DNA of 32,000 nucleotides from Wolbachia endosymbiont of Cantharis cryptica (GTDB lineage Bacteria; Pseudomonadota; Alphaproteobacteria; Rickettsiales; Anaplasmataceae): NCBI RefSeq assembly GCF_964277405.1, contig NZ_OZ195521.1, positions 914,434 to 946,433 of the forward strand, read 5' to 3'. Shown piece by piece: positions 24,388 to 32,000 of this stretch (position 1 is its first letter; each line of letters starts with the position of its first letter). The notes under the pieces were generated by a model. It saw only the letters and a program-made list of their open reading frames with translations, ran no database searches and was not told where the DNA came from. The position numbers and the translations under genes were made by a program.

Positions 24388-25234
24388 CTAAGAACCTGTT
24401 CATAATCTCAAAAAAGTGATAAACTGTGAGATGATATATATGAATAAGGATATATGAGAAATTTATACCCAAGTGACATAAGTCGAGAACAATTTCATAC
24501 CAATTCTGGAGAGTAGCAGGAAGAAAACAAAACCAAGAAAACTTGATTTGTATGATGTGTTTTGTGCAGTGCTGTACGTCCTAAAAAGTGCCTGTCAGTC
24601 TGCCAAAAGATTTTCCAAAATGGCGAAGTTGTTACGACTATTTTAAAAAATGGAGTGAAAAACCAAGCGAAGATACAGAAAGTACTTTGGAACGTGTATT
24701 AAAAAAAATTAGTTGGAGAGACACGTATCAGCAATGGTCGGAAAGAAAGAACTAGTTTTTGTATAATTGATGCTCAGAGCGTAAAAAATGCAGATACTGC
24801 TGAAAATAAGGGCTACGATGCAGGTAAAAAAATTTCAGGGCCATATTGCAGTAGATACACAAGGTTTACCACACGCGATTTATGTAACAACGGCAGAAGC
24901 AACCGACCGCAGCAGTGCCGTGAGAATGGTCGAAAATGCTAAAGAAAACCTCTCTGAGGTTAAAAACATACTTGTTGATGCAAGCTACACTGGAGAAAAT
25001 TTTGCAACACAAATAAAAGCAACTATTGGTTCGACTGTCGAAGTAATAAAGCGAAGTGAATTACACACCTTTGTTGTACTGCCAAAAAGATGGGTTGTTG
25101 AGCGCTCTTTTGCTTGGTTGGAAAAATGCAGGCGATTGTGGAAAAACTGTGAGCGGAAACTCAACACTAGCTTACAAATGGTCGTTCTTGCTTTCACTTC
25201 TTTACTCCTTAAAAGATTATGAACAGGTTCTTAG
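24388..25234 (+). mobile_element. IS5-family element no. 1 (847 bp), transposase frameshifted
   Basis: The 21-bp IRs are CTAAGAACCTGTTCATAATCT (24388-24408) and AGATTATGAACAGGTTCTTAG (25214-25234). Coding fragments are MRNLYPSDISREQF... from 24464 and ORF 24788-25222 (...ILVDASYTGENF...LPKRWVVERSFAWLEKCRRLWKNCERK). Confidence 0.85.
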
Positions 25235-26112
25235 AGGTTGTCCACAAACCAAGAAATAAGTAGTGTATAAAGAAAGAATATTGAGGTAAGGAATGAGGAA
25301 AAAATATCCAACAGATTTAAGTGAAAGGGAATGGTACCGAATAGAAAAACACTTTAGGGTATCGTACAAGAAAGGAGGAAGGCCGCCAAAATACAGTAAG
25401 TGTGAGATAGTAAATGCAATTCTTTATATACTGCGCACAGGATGTCAATGGCGCAATTTACCACACGCCGTGGAAGGCTGTGCATGAACAGTTTAGAAGA
25501 TGGAAAAAGCAGGGGATTTTTGAGAAAATGAACTATTAAATATAGTAGGTCAAAAATGGGAAGAAATGAGGAGCCGAGTGCATGCATAGTAATCGGTAAA
25601 AACCACTGGAAAAGGGGGGTCAAAGGTTATGATGGTGCGAAAAAGGTAAAGGGGAGAAAAAGACATATAATCACAGATACTCAAGCTTGGTTGCTATGTA
25701 GGAGCTGCAAGCGAAAATGACAGAGATGGGGTGAAGATGGCATTGGACAATATGAAGGAAAAATACAGCAATATTAAGAAAATGTGAGCTGATATGGGGT
25801 ACCAAGGAAAAGATTTAAAAACCCACATAGAGGAAGAATATGGCATAGACATTGAAATTGTGAAAAGGCCTCCATGTAGGTTTTGGGTGCATAAAGATAC
25901 ACCACTAGAACTATTGCCACAACGGGATCCTGGATTTTCAGTACAGCCGAGAAGGTGGGTGGTAGAGAGGACTTTTGCTTGAGAAATAGAAGGCTATCAA
26001 AGGAGTACGATTTACTTACAACATCTACTGAAAGTTTCATATATCTGGCTATGAGTAAAGTTATGTTAAGTAGGGAATATGCTTGATTTACTGGTTTGTG
26101 GACAACCTCTAA
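25231..26112 (+). mobile_element. IS5-family element no. 2 (882 bp), transposase heavily degraded
   Basis: The 20-bp IRs are TTAGAGGTTGTCCACAAACC (25231-25250) and GGTTTGTGGACAACCTCTAA (26093-26112). Fragments are MRKKYPTDLSEREWYRIEKHF...ILYILRTGCQWRNLP and ...MGYQGKDLK...QPRRWVVERTFA. Confidence 0.8.
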
Positions 26113-27009
26113 ATCCAAATGTCTTTTTTAATCGCGAGAAAAAACCTTCTATATAAGATCTCTTTCCATAACTCATCTCTTTTTTCCACTTCTTTATATC
26201 ATCTTCACCATATGACTTTATGAGCTTGATTGCAGAATTTCTCTCAGCCATATAGTCTAACTTTGGATGCTCTACTACATTATTTTTTGGAGGAATTTTT
26301 GTCTTTATGCCAACACAATTTATATAACTTCCTTCGGTCTGTCTGCATATAGTGTGCTTATGTTGTATTTAGCATCAACCCTTTCAATAAGATCACAGGC
26401 TCCGTAGTGGTCAGAATAAACTCCTCTACTGTATTTTGCATCTATGACTTTTTTGCTACTTACTTCCAATATTACATGCAGTTTTCTTGTTTGCTCATAG
26501 CTGCGATGCTTTCTATCTGTACCGTTTGCCTTACTATGACCTGGAATATTATTGTAGATCTGTGCTATCTATGGCGATCTCAATATTTTTCATATTATTT
26601 TTATCATATCTTTGGTCATATGTTAAGTTTTTTAAACCTTCTTGAAGCCTGAGAATAGCTGATAACTTGCAAATTTTTCCCAATTTGCTCAAGGTATCCT
26701 GCTATAAATCCAACTGTTTGCCTCAGGCCTATTCTAAATAAATAAGTTATTATGTGCACCAAAATCACAACTTTATCGCTATAAATATTGTTTCCACCAG
26801 CTACTTTTGGGCTATTTTCATACCAATTTTCAATAGCTTCATCAATGTAACGAAAAATATTTCCTCTTTCCTGGAGAAATTTGTTATATTCATTTTGGTT
26901 ACTGACTTTCATTTTTTGTGGCATATTTTTTCTTCAAAGGTTAAATGGCTATTTTATAATGAATTTTGTCAGTAACTGCTAGTTTTTCTGAACGCTATGC
27001 AACAAAGCC
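26113..27009 (-). mobile_element. IS5-family, IS903-like element: degraded and truncated at its 3' side
   Basis: ORF 26616-26924 (SNQNEYNKFLQERGNIFRYIDEAIENWYE...GGNNIYSDKVV...FRIGLRQTVGFIAGYLEQIG) has an IS903-type N-terminus. ORF 26066-26251 contains YGKRSYIEGFFSRLKKTFGF. The terminal GGCTTTGTTGCATAGC (reverse complement of 26994-27009) resembles the IS903 IR GGCTTTGTTGAATAAATC, recalled from memory. Confidence 0.6.
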
Positions 27010-27010
27010 C

Positions 27011-27097
27011 ACTGGGATCCAGCTTTTTTTTTCTAGATTCCAGCGTCACGCGCTGGAATGACAGGGCTATAGGTGTCATCCCAGTCTGGGATCCAAT
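27011..27097. repeat. Palindromic repeat units in the opposite orientation to 20478-20560
   Basis: ATTCCAGCG (27037-27045) / TCACG / CGCTGGAAT (27051-59), then GTCATCCCAG..CTGGGAT (27075-27092). A half-site CACTGGGATCCAG lies at 27011. Confidence 0.7.
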
Positions 27098-27579
27098 TTA
27101 GCTATAAAATTTAAGAAAATATTTAAGAAATTTGCTAAATGGAAAAAAAGGCAAAAGGAACCCTGTGATTATTTTCCGCTTTAAAGTACTGGCGTTTTTT
27201 ATGTTTTAAACCCCTGACAAGAGAGATTCAGCCGCTTTTAATCGCTACTAACCTACGCTGCAAGTGTTTAAGAAGTTTACCAAGCAGAAAAAAAGACAAA
27301 GAAAACCCGAGCTAGCTAGTCCTTTACTATCTCTGTCGAGTATTGGCATTTTTTGATGTCTTGTAACGCTTTGTAAGCGCGTTCAGCTTATTTAGGTATA
27401 AACCTAGATGTAGATGAAGTTTTGTAAAGACATACAGTACCTATGTACTGCAAAAAATTGAACATAAGATGCCGATACCTTAAGTAATCCTTACCTTTTA
27501 ATCTGCAGATTGGCGAAAGCAAATACAATAGCTTCACTTCCATGATAAAAGGACTGGCGGAGTTTGTCAAGTGGTTTTT
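27098..27579. repeat. Non-coding ~480-bp dispersed repeat, copy R3
   Basis: Starts TTAGCTATAAAATTTAAGAAAATATTTAAGAAATTT, as R1 does. Its tandem units begin at 27122 and 27267. It ends in the same 28-mer, GACTGGCGGAGTTTGTCAAGTGGTTTTT (27552-27579). Confidence 0.8.
27542..27570 (-). promoter_or_regulatory. Sigma70-like promoter at the end of repeat R3, directed into the repeat and divergent from prs
   Basis: The minus strand reads TTGACA (27570-27565), 17-nt spacer, TATCAT (27547-27542). Confidence 0.45.
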
Positions 27580-27613
27580 GCATTATTCGCTGACAAGAAT
27601 GCTAGAACTTACA

Positions 27614-27642
27614 TTTCAATTATTTCATAATTCCTGTATAAT
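27614..27642 (+). promoter_or_regulatory. Candidate prs promoter
   Basis: TTTCAA (27614-27619), 17-nt spacer, TATAAT (27637-27642) preceded by TG. It lies 24 nt upstream of the prs ATG. Confidence 0.35.
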
Positions 27643-27665
27643 CTTACAAGCTCAATTGGTACACT

Positions 27666-28592
27666 ATGAAGATAATAATAGGTAATGCTAGTAAAGAATT
27701 AGGGGAATCAGTAGTTAACCGGCTAAATATTCAACCATCTCCTGCTTGGGTATCAAAGTTTGCCGATGGTGAGGTAAATGTAGAAGTAGCAAGTGATCTA
27801 TATAATCAAGAGGTATGTATAATACAGTCTATTTCTCCCCCTGTGAATGACAATCTTATGGAACTCCTGCTTATAATTGATGCAGTAAATAGGTCAGGAG
27901 CCAAAAGGATAACGGTAATTATTCCTTATTATGGATATAGTAGGCAAGATAGGATTATCAAAAGCAATAATATGCAATCTGCTTTGAGTGCCAAATTAGT
28001 TGCAAATCTCATTCAAACTGCAGGTGCAAATAGTGTTGCGGTTATTGATTTGCATTCAAGTCAAATTGAAGGGTTTTTTGATGTACCGATAACCAATTTG
28101 AGCTGCTTTGAAGTATTTGTTGACTCTATACACACGGAAAATTTGGCAATCGTTGCACCCGATGTTGGGGCAATCGGTAGAGCACGTGCTTTCGCAAAGA
28201 CTTTAGAGGAAAAGTATAAGATAGAATTGAATGATAAGATTATCGTAGTAGATAAACATAGAGAGAAAGCAGGCATGTCTCAAGTAATGAACGTAATAGG
28301 AGAAGTTGCAAATAAAAATTGTGTCATTGTTGATGATATAGTTGATTCTGGCGGAACGTTATGTAACGCAGCTCTTGCTTTAAAAAGTCAAGGAGCAAGG
28401 TCTGTAATCTCATGCATCACACATGGCGTGCTTTCAGGAAACGCAGTTGAAAAAATCTCTTCCTCTTCTCTGGATAAATTAGTGATTACGGATACCATAC
28501 TTCACAAACTTGAAAAAACTGGTACAATAGAAGTTGTCTCAATTGTAAACATTTTGATTCACTTCATTCAAGGAAATAAAGATGCCAGATAG
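27666..28592 (+). CDS. prs: Ribose-phosphate pyrophosphokinase
   Basis: 308-aa ORF with ...FADGEVNVEV...ITVIIPYYGYSRQDR...DLHSSQIEGFFDVP...VIVDDIVDSGGTLCNAA, the PRPP synthetase motifs. Confidence 0.9.
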   Translation: MKIIIGNASKELGESVVNRLNIQPSPAWVSKFADGEVNVEVASDLYNQEVCIIQSISPPVNDNLMELLLIIDAVNRSGAKRITVIIPYYGYSRQDRIIKSNNMQSALSAKLVANLIQTAGANSVAVIDLHSSQIEGFFDVPITNLSCFEVFVDSIHTENLAIVAPDVGAIGRARAFAKTLEEKYKIELNDKIIVVDKHREKAGMSQVMNVIGEVANKNCVIVDDIVDSGGTLCNAALALKSQGARSVISCITHGVLSGNAVEKISSSSLDKLVITDTILHKLEKTGTIEVVSIVNILIHFIQGNKDAR

Positions 28593-28935
28593 GTCAACAG
28601 AAGATGTCATTACTTCGCTAATAGAATTTGCAAATGAGAGAAGAATAACAACTACCGAGGAAGAAGTGCTTAAAATTGCAAAGCTTGTAAGGATTAAGTT
28701 ATCGGGTAAGAAGATCAAGGATTACGCTAAAGAATTAACGATGTTGGATTGGATACATGATACTTTATTGCAAGTTAATACTGAAGGTGTTTCTCCTATA
28801 CGTTATGGCAGCATAGATGAGGACATTCATGTACGTGGTGATGTTATAAGTTCTCAGAACAGTAAAGAAGAGATATTATCTAATACAAAACCTGAGCATG
28901 GATATTTTGTAGTGCCAAAGGTTATAAATGATTAA
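28582..28935 (+). CDS. gatC: Asp-tRNA(Asn)/Glu-tRNA(Gln) amidotransferase subunit C
   Basis: ITTTEEEVLKIAKLVRIKLSGKKIKDYAKELTMLDWIHDTLLQVNTEGVSPI...VRGDVISSQNSKEEILSNTKPEHGYFVVPKVI is colinear with the GatC pattern. It overlaps prs by 11 nt and has an N-terminal extension of about 20 aa. Confidence 0.75.
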   Translation: MPDRSTEDVITSLIEFANERRITTTEEEVLKIAKLVRIKLSGKKIKDYAKELTMLDWIHDTLLQVNTEGVSPIRYGSIDEDIHVRGDVISSQNSKEEILSNTKPEHGYFVVPKVIND

Positions 28936-29112
28936 AATAAGGCTCATATCAAATCTTTCAAAGAGAAATAAAGGATTCCTTGAACACAATCTTATCACAA
29001 AGGGCAGATTAGTGGAAACGCAGGGTTGCTACTCGTTATGATAAGAGGTTTAATGACTTTAATTTGGATGTTTGATATAATAATTAAATTATAAAATCTA
29101 TTAAAGTCTAGC

Positions 29113-30339
29113 ATGAATGAAGTAGTAACATTCGGTTGTCGCCTAAATTTTTACGAAAGTGAGTTAATCAAAGAAGCACTAAGAAAAGCAGAGAGAGAAA
29201 ATGTCGTTGTGGTACACAGTTGTGCAGTGACAAATGAAGCAGAACGCCAGGTAAAGCAAAAAATACGTAAGATTTATAGAAATGACCCAAGTAAAGAAAT
29301 TATCGTAGTTGGCTGTGCCGTTCAATTAGATCCTGAATCGTATAGCAGTATTCCTGGTGTAAGTAAAGTGTTAGGTAATCAAGATAAGCTAAAGGCTGAA
29401 AATTATTTGCTAAATAATAATAAAATGTTAGCCAGTGATAATCAAGCAAGCACTGTTCTAATTAATAAATTTGAAGATAAATCAAGAGCGTTTATTGAAG
29501 TCCAAAATGGCTGTAATCATAGCTGCACATTCTGCTCAATTACTGAGGCAAGAGGGAACAATCGATCTGTACCAATAAACAATATTATAGAGCAAATCAA
29601 GATTTTCGTAGCAAACGGTTATCAAGAAGTAGTGTTTACAGGAGTTGACATTACTGATTTTGGTACAGATTTATTTGGCAAACCCTCACTTAGTTCAATG
29701 ATCAGAAGAGTTTTAAAGGATGTGCCAGAATTAAAGAGACTTAGGCTTTCTTCTATTGATGTTGCTGAAGTTGACGACGAGTTAATGGATTTAATAGCTA
29801 ACGAATTAAGATTTATGCCACATTTGCACTTAAGTTTACAATCTGGTAATAACTTAGTTCTAAAAAGAATGAAACGCCGTCACAACAGAGAACAAGTGAT
29901 AGAATTTTGTAATAAAGTGAAGAGCTTGAGGCCTAATATAGCATTTGGCGCTGATATTATTGCTGGATTTCCAACGGAAACTGATGAAATGTTTCAGGAT
30001 ACAGTTGATCTACTAAAGGAGGCAAATGTAGTTTATCTACATACTTTTCCATATTCAGAACGGAAGAACACACCTGCTGCACGAATGCCACAAGTGCCAG
30101 AGAGTGTGCGTAAAGAACGGGTAAAAAACCTAAGAGAAATGAATAGAGAAATGATGAGTAGCTTTTATCAATCTTTGATAGGCACTGAACAAAGTGTTTT
30201 GGTTGAACAAAATCATATCGGTAGAGCGGAAAATTTTGCACCAATAAAGCTTGCATCAAAGGTTCAAGCTAAAAGTATTGTGAAAGTTAACGTTATAGGA
30301 ATGGAAAGCGGTTACTTAATTGGGAGTGTTCTTTCTTAA
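29113..30339 (+). CDS. mtaB: Radical-SAM methylthiotransferase, MiaB-like (MtaB type)
   Basis: N-terminal VVTFGCRLNFYESE and the radical-SAM cluster motif VQNGCNHSCTFCSI, followed by a TRAM-like C-terminus. The 408-aa length fits MtaB. Confidence 0.8.
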   Translation: MNEVVTFGCRLNFYESELIKEALRKAERENVVVVHSCAVTNEAERQVKQKIRKIYRNDPSKEIIVVGCAVQLDPESYSSIPGVSKVLGNQDKLKAENYLLNNNKMLASDNQASTVLINKFEDKSRAFIEVQNGCNHSCTFCSITEARGNNRSVPINNIIEQIKIFVANGYQEVVFTGVDITDFGTDLFGKPSLSSMIRRVLKDVPELKRLRLSSIDVAEVDDELMDLIANELRFMPHLHLSLQSGNNLVLKRMKRRHNREQVIEFCNKVKSLRPNIAFGADIIAGFPTETDEMFQDTVDLLKEANVVYLHTFPYSERKNTPAARMPQVPESVRKERVKNLREMNREMMSSFYQSLIGTEQSVLVEQNHIGRAENFAPIKLASKVQAKSIVKVNVIGMESGYLIGSVLS

Positions 30340-30347
30340 TTTTTGAT

Positions 30348-31181
30348 ATGAGAAAAATATATAGTATTGTAAATTTGTTTATGATTAAAAAATCCACTGT
30401 TTTTTACGCATTACTAATTTTATGTATTAGCTTTTTTTCTGCTCAGGCCAATGCAGATGATGAACAATTTGTTGAAAATTTAGTGCTTGCAGACGAATCC
30501 ATATGCAATAAATTCAGGGAATATAACGAAAAAGAGATTGCATCAGTTAAAAATAAAAAACTTGATTTTTATGTTAGCGCTAATAGCGGTAAGATATACT
30601 ATGATAACTCAGAAACATTCGTAAAGGGTATACAAGAAATAGGAAAAAGAATCCTAACTTTAGTTGAAAGTAGTCATGGTTCTATAATAAAAAATATAGT
30701 GGCATGTGAAATTAAGAGTATACAGCAATTTAATGGTAAAATTGATTTTCAGTGGCTTAACAGTATATCCTTAGGTTACTATGCTGGAGAAAATGGCCGA
30801 GTTGATTTTGAAGCCACGTATTCTAAGATCAACATTAAAAATAGTAATTCTACTCCAATATTTGATAGATCGGCTGGTATATTCGCATTTTTGTTAAACT
30901 TCTATTATAATCCCAGTGTTCAAGATACACAATTTGCTCCGTACATCGGTCTTGGTATAGGACCAACAGTTTTTAGACTAAAAAAGATCAATGGATCACC
31001 TCAAAATTCAATGCCACTGAATGTTCCTTGGTTTGCTTATCAAATAAAACTTGGTGTTGATTATTCAATAATCCCAGAAGTTAAAACCTTCCTCGGTTAT
31101 CGTTACTTTAGCATTCCGGTACCTATTGCAGATGACATATCCACTCATAATATTGAAATCGGTTTGATATTTAATTTTTAG
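30348..31181 (+). CDS. Outer-membrane beta-barrel protein (surface-antigen / Wsp-Msp-like family)
   Basis: Signal peptide ...STVFYALLILCISFFSAQANA, alternating beta-strand pattern, and a C-terminal ...HNIEIGLIFNF ending in aromatic F. Confidence 0.65.
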   Translation: MRKIYSIVNLFMIKKSTVFYALLILCISFFSAQANADDEQFVENLVLADESICNKFREYNEKEIASVKNKKLDFYVSANSGKIYYDNSETFVKGIQEIGKRILTLVESSHGSIIKNIVACEIKSIQQFNGKIDFQWLNSISLGYYAGENGRVDFEATYSKINIKNSNSTPIFDRSAGIFAFLLNFYYNPSVQDTQFAPYIGLGIGPTVFRLKKINGSPQNSMPLNVPWFAYQIKLGVDYSIIPEVKTFLGYRYFSIPVPIADDISTHNIEIGLIFNF

Positions 31182-31188
31182 TGATGAT

Positions 31189-32000
31189 TTAATATATATA
31201 TAAATTCTTATCTTTTTTGTCCAACAAACCAAGCGTTGGCACAATTGTTGCTTTTAAAAAGATGACAGTTTCTACTGTTCTCATGTTATCTGCTAGCCTT
31301 TTTGACTTCTGATGTGATTTAGCTTTAAAGCTTTGCCTATCTTCTCTATGCTCTATAAGCCCGCCAACTACCATAACTTCACCGCTCTTAATTTTTAATA
31401 TAGAGCTCATTTCTCTAATTTCAATAATTGGAATGTTGCTATTTAATTTCGTTTTACTCTGCTGCGCGACGTACTCTATATTTGGATCTTTAGTGTAGCC
31501 GTTAATCCTTGATAAAGTTGGATGTATATCCATGAATATTTCACTAGTATCAATATTAATGCTTGGGTGGATTATTAACACAACACCTATTGGGACGCTA
31601 TTCATCTTGGTAATTAAGGTCTGATTGGAATTTCTAGTATCTTTTTGTATATCGGAAGTAAAATAAACGTGATTTTTAATGAATGAAATCATCGCTTGTT
31701 GATTATTTATGGCATGTACTCTTGGACTTGAAATTACAGTTGAAGTGCCAAATTTGTCTAAACTTTTTACTAAATTCCCTAGATCACTTGCGCCAAAGTT
31801 CACTGCTAGGTCAATCATTGAATTATCTTGATTCACCATAGATTTACTTCCATTGCGTAAATCATTTAAGTTGATACCAGAAAGGTATTTGTCATCTAAC
31901 ACAACTTCAACTATCTTTGCTTCTATCATTACTTGAGAAGAAGCTAACTGTTTAACCTTATTAATATATTCTTCAACAGCTTTGTGAATACCTTTTCTAG
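31189..32000 (-). CDS. Secretin-family protein (GspD/PilQ-like C-terminal domain), 5' end outside the window
   Basis: IEAKIVEV...VISSPRVHAINNQQAMISF...IPIIEIREMSSILKIKSGEVMVVGGLI is the secretin domain pattern. The frame stays open upstream of M31929 to the window edge (...RKGIHKAVEEYINKVKQLASSQV). Confidence 0.7.
   Translation of the reverse strand, partial: RKGIHKAVEEYINKVKQLASSQVMIEAKIVEVVLDDKYLSGINLNDLRNGSKSMVNQDNSMIDLAVNFGASDLGNLVKSLDKFGTSTVISSPRVHAINNQQAMISFIKNHVYFTSDIQKDTRNSNQTLITKMNSVPIGVVLIIHPSINIDTSEIFMDIHPTLSRINGYTKDPNIEYVAQQSKTKLNSNIPIIEIREMSSILKIKSGEVMVVGGLIEHREDRQSFKAKSHQKSKRLADNMRTVETVIFLKATIVPTLGLLDKKDKNLYIY

Noticed and set aside
24209-24472. 87-aa minus-strand ORF
   Set aside because: It is a chimera. 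It starts in the left end of IS5 element no. 1 and reads into the IS630-C fragment (the ...LIMDCASWKKFKGT part). It is a by-product of the IS junction, not a gene.
25354-26118. Minus-strand ORFs 25354-25623 and 25774-26118
   Set aside because: They lie antisense to the degraded transposase of IS5 element no. 2 and show no independent support.
27388-27570. 60-aa minus-strand ORF inside repeat copy R3
   Set aside because: Its ATG overlaps the predicted -35 box. The homologous region of copy R1 has no equivalent open frame, so the ORF is not conserved between copies and the repeat is treated as non-coding.
28936-29112. gatC-mtaB spacer inspected for a tRNA or small RNA
   Set aside because: No cloverleaf-compatible stems, no convincing hairpin plus U-tract, and no conserved boxes could be identified by eye.

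Overview
This is an AT-rich bacterial chromosome segment, roughly one-third GC by eye. Its gene content and repeat load look like Wolbachia or another Anaplasmataceae member. That call is an inference from the ankyrin-repeat genes, the IS mix, a group II intron and GTCATTCCAGCG-type palindromes, and it cannot be verified here. Housekeeping genes present are fmt, rplT, rpmI, ihfA, a merR-like regulator, an MFS transporter, fdxA, dprA, pyrC, prs, gatC, mtaB, an outer-membrane beta-barrel protein and a partial secretin. Three accessory patches interrupt them. (i) At 1-2.6 kb there is nested mobile DNA: an IS3 inside a group II intron inside an Rpn/PD-(D/E)XK pseudogene. (ii) At 4.3-7.0 kb an IS110 element with a structured upstream leader sits next to an IS5-family element that split a long palindrome. 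(iii) At 9.6-27.6 kb lie three ankyrin-repeat proteins and one orphan protein that all carry a bilobed hydrophobic hairpin. The same patch holds three degenerate IS630 copies, an IS256 fragment, three IS5-family wrecks and short palindromic or TIR-bounded miniature repeats. It also holds three copies of a ~480-bp non-coding repeat; the two full copies end in a conserved promoter (TTGACA, 17-nt spacer, TATTAT or TATCAT) that points into the repeat. No rRNA, tRNA, CRISPR array or cas genes were seen.
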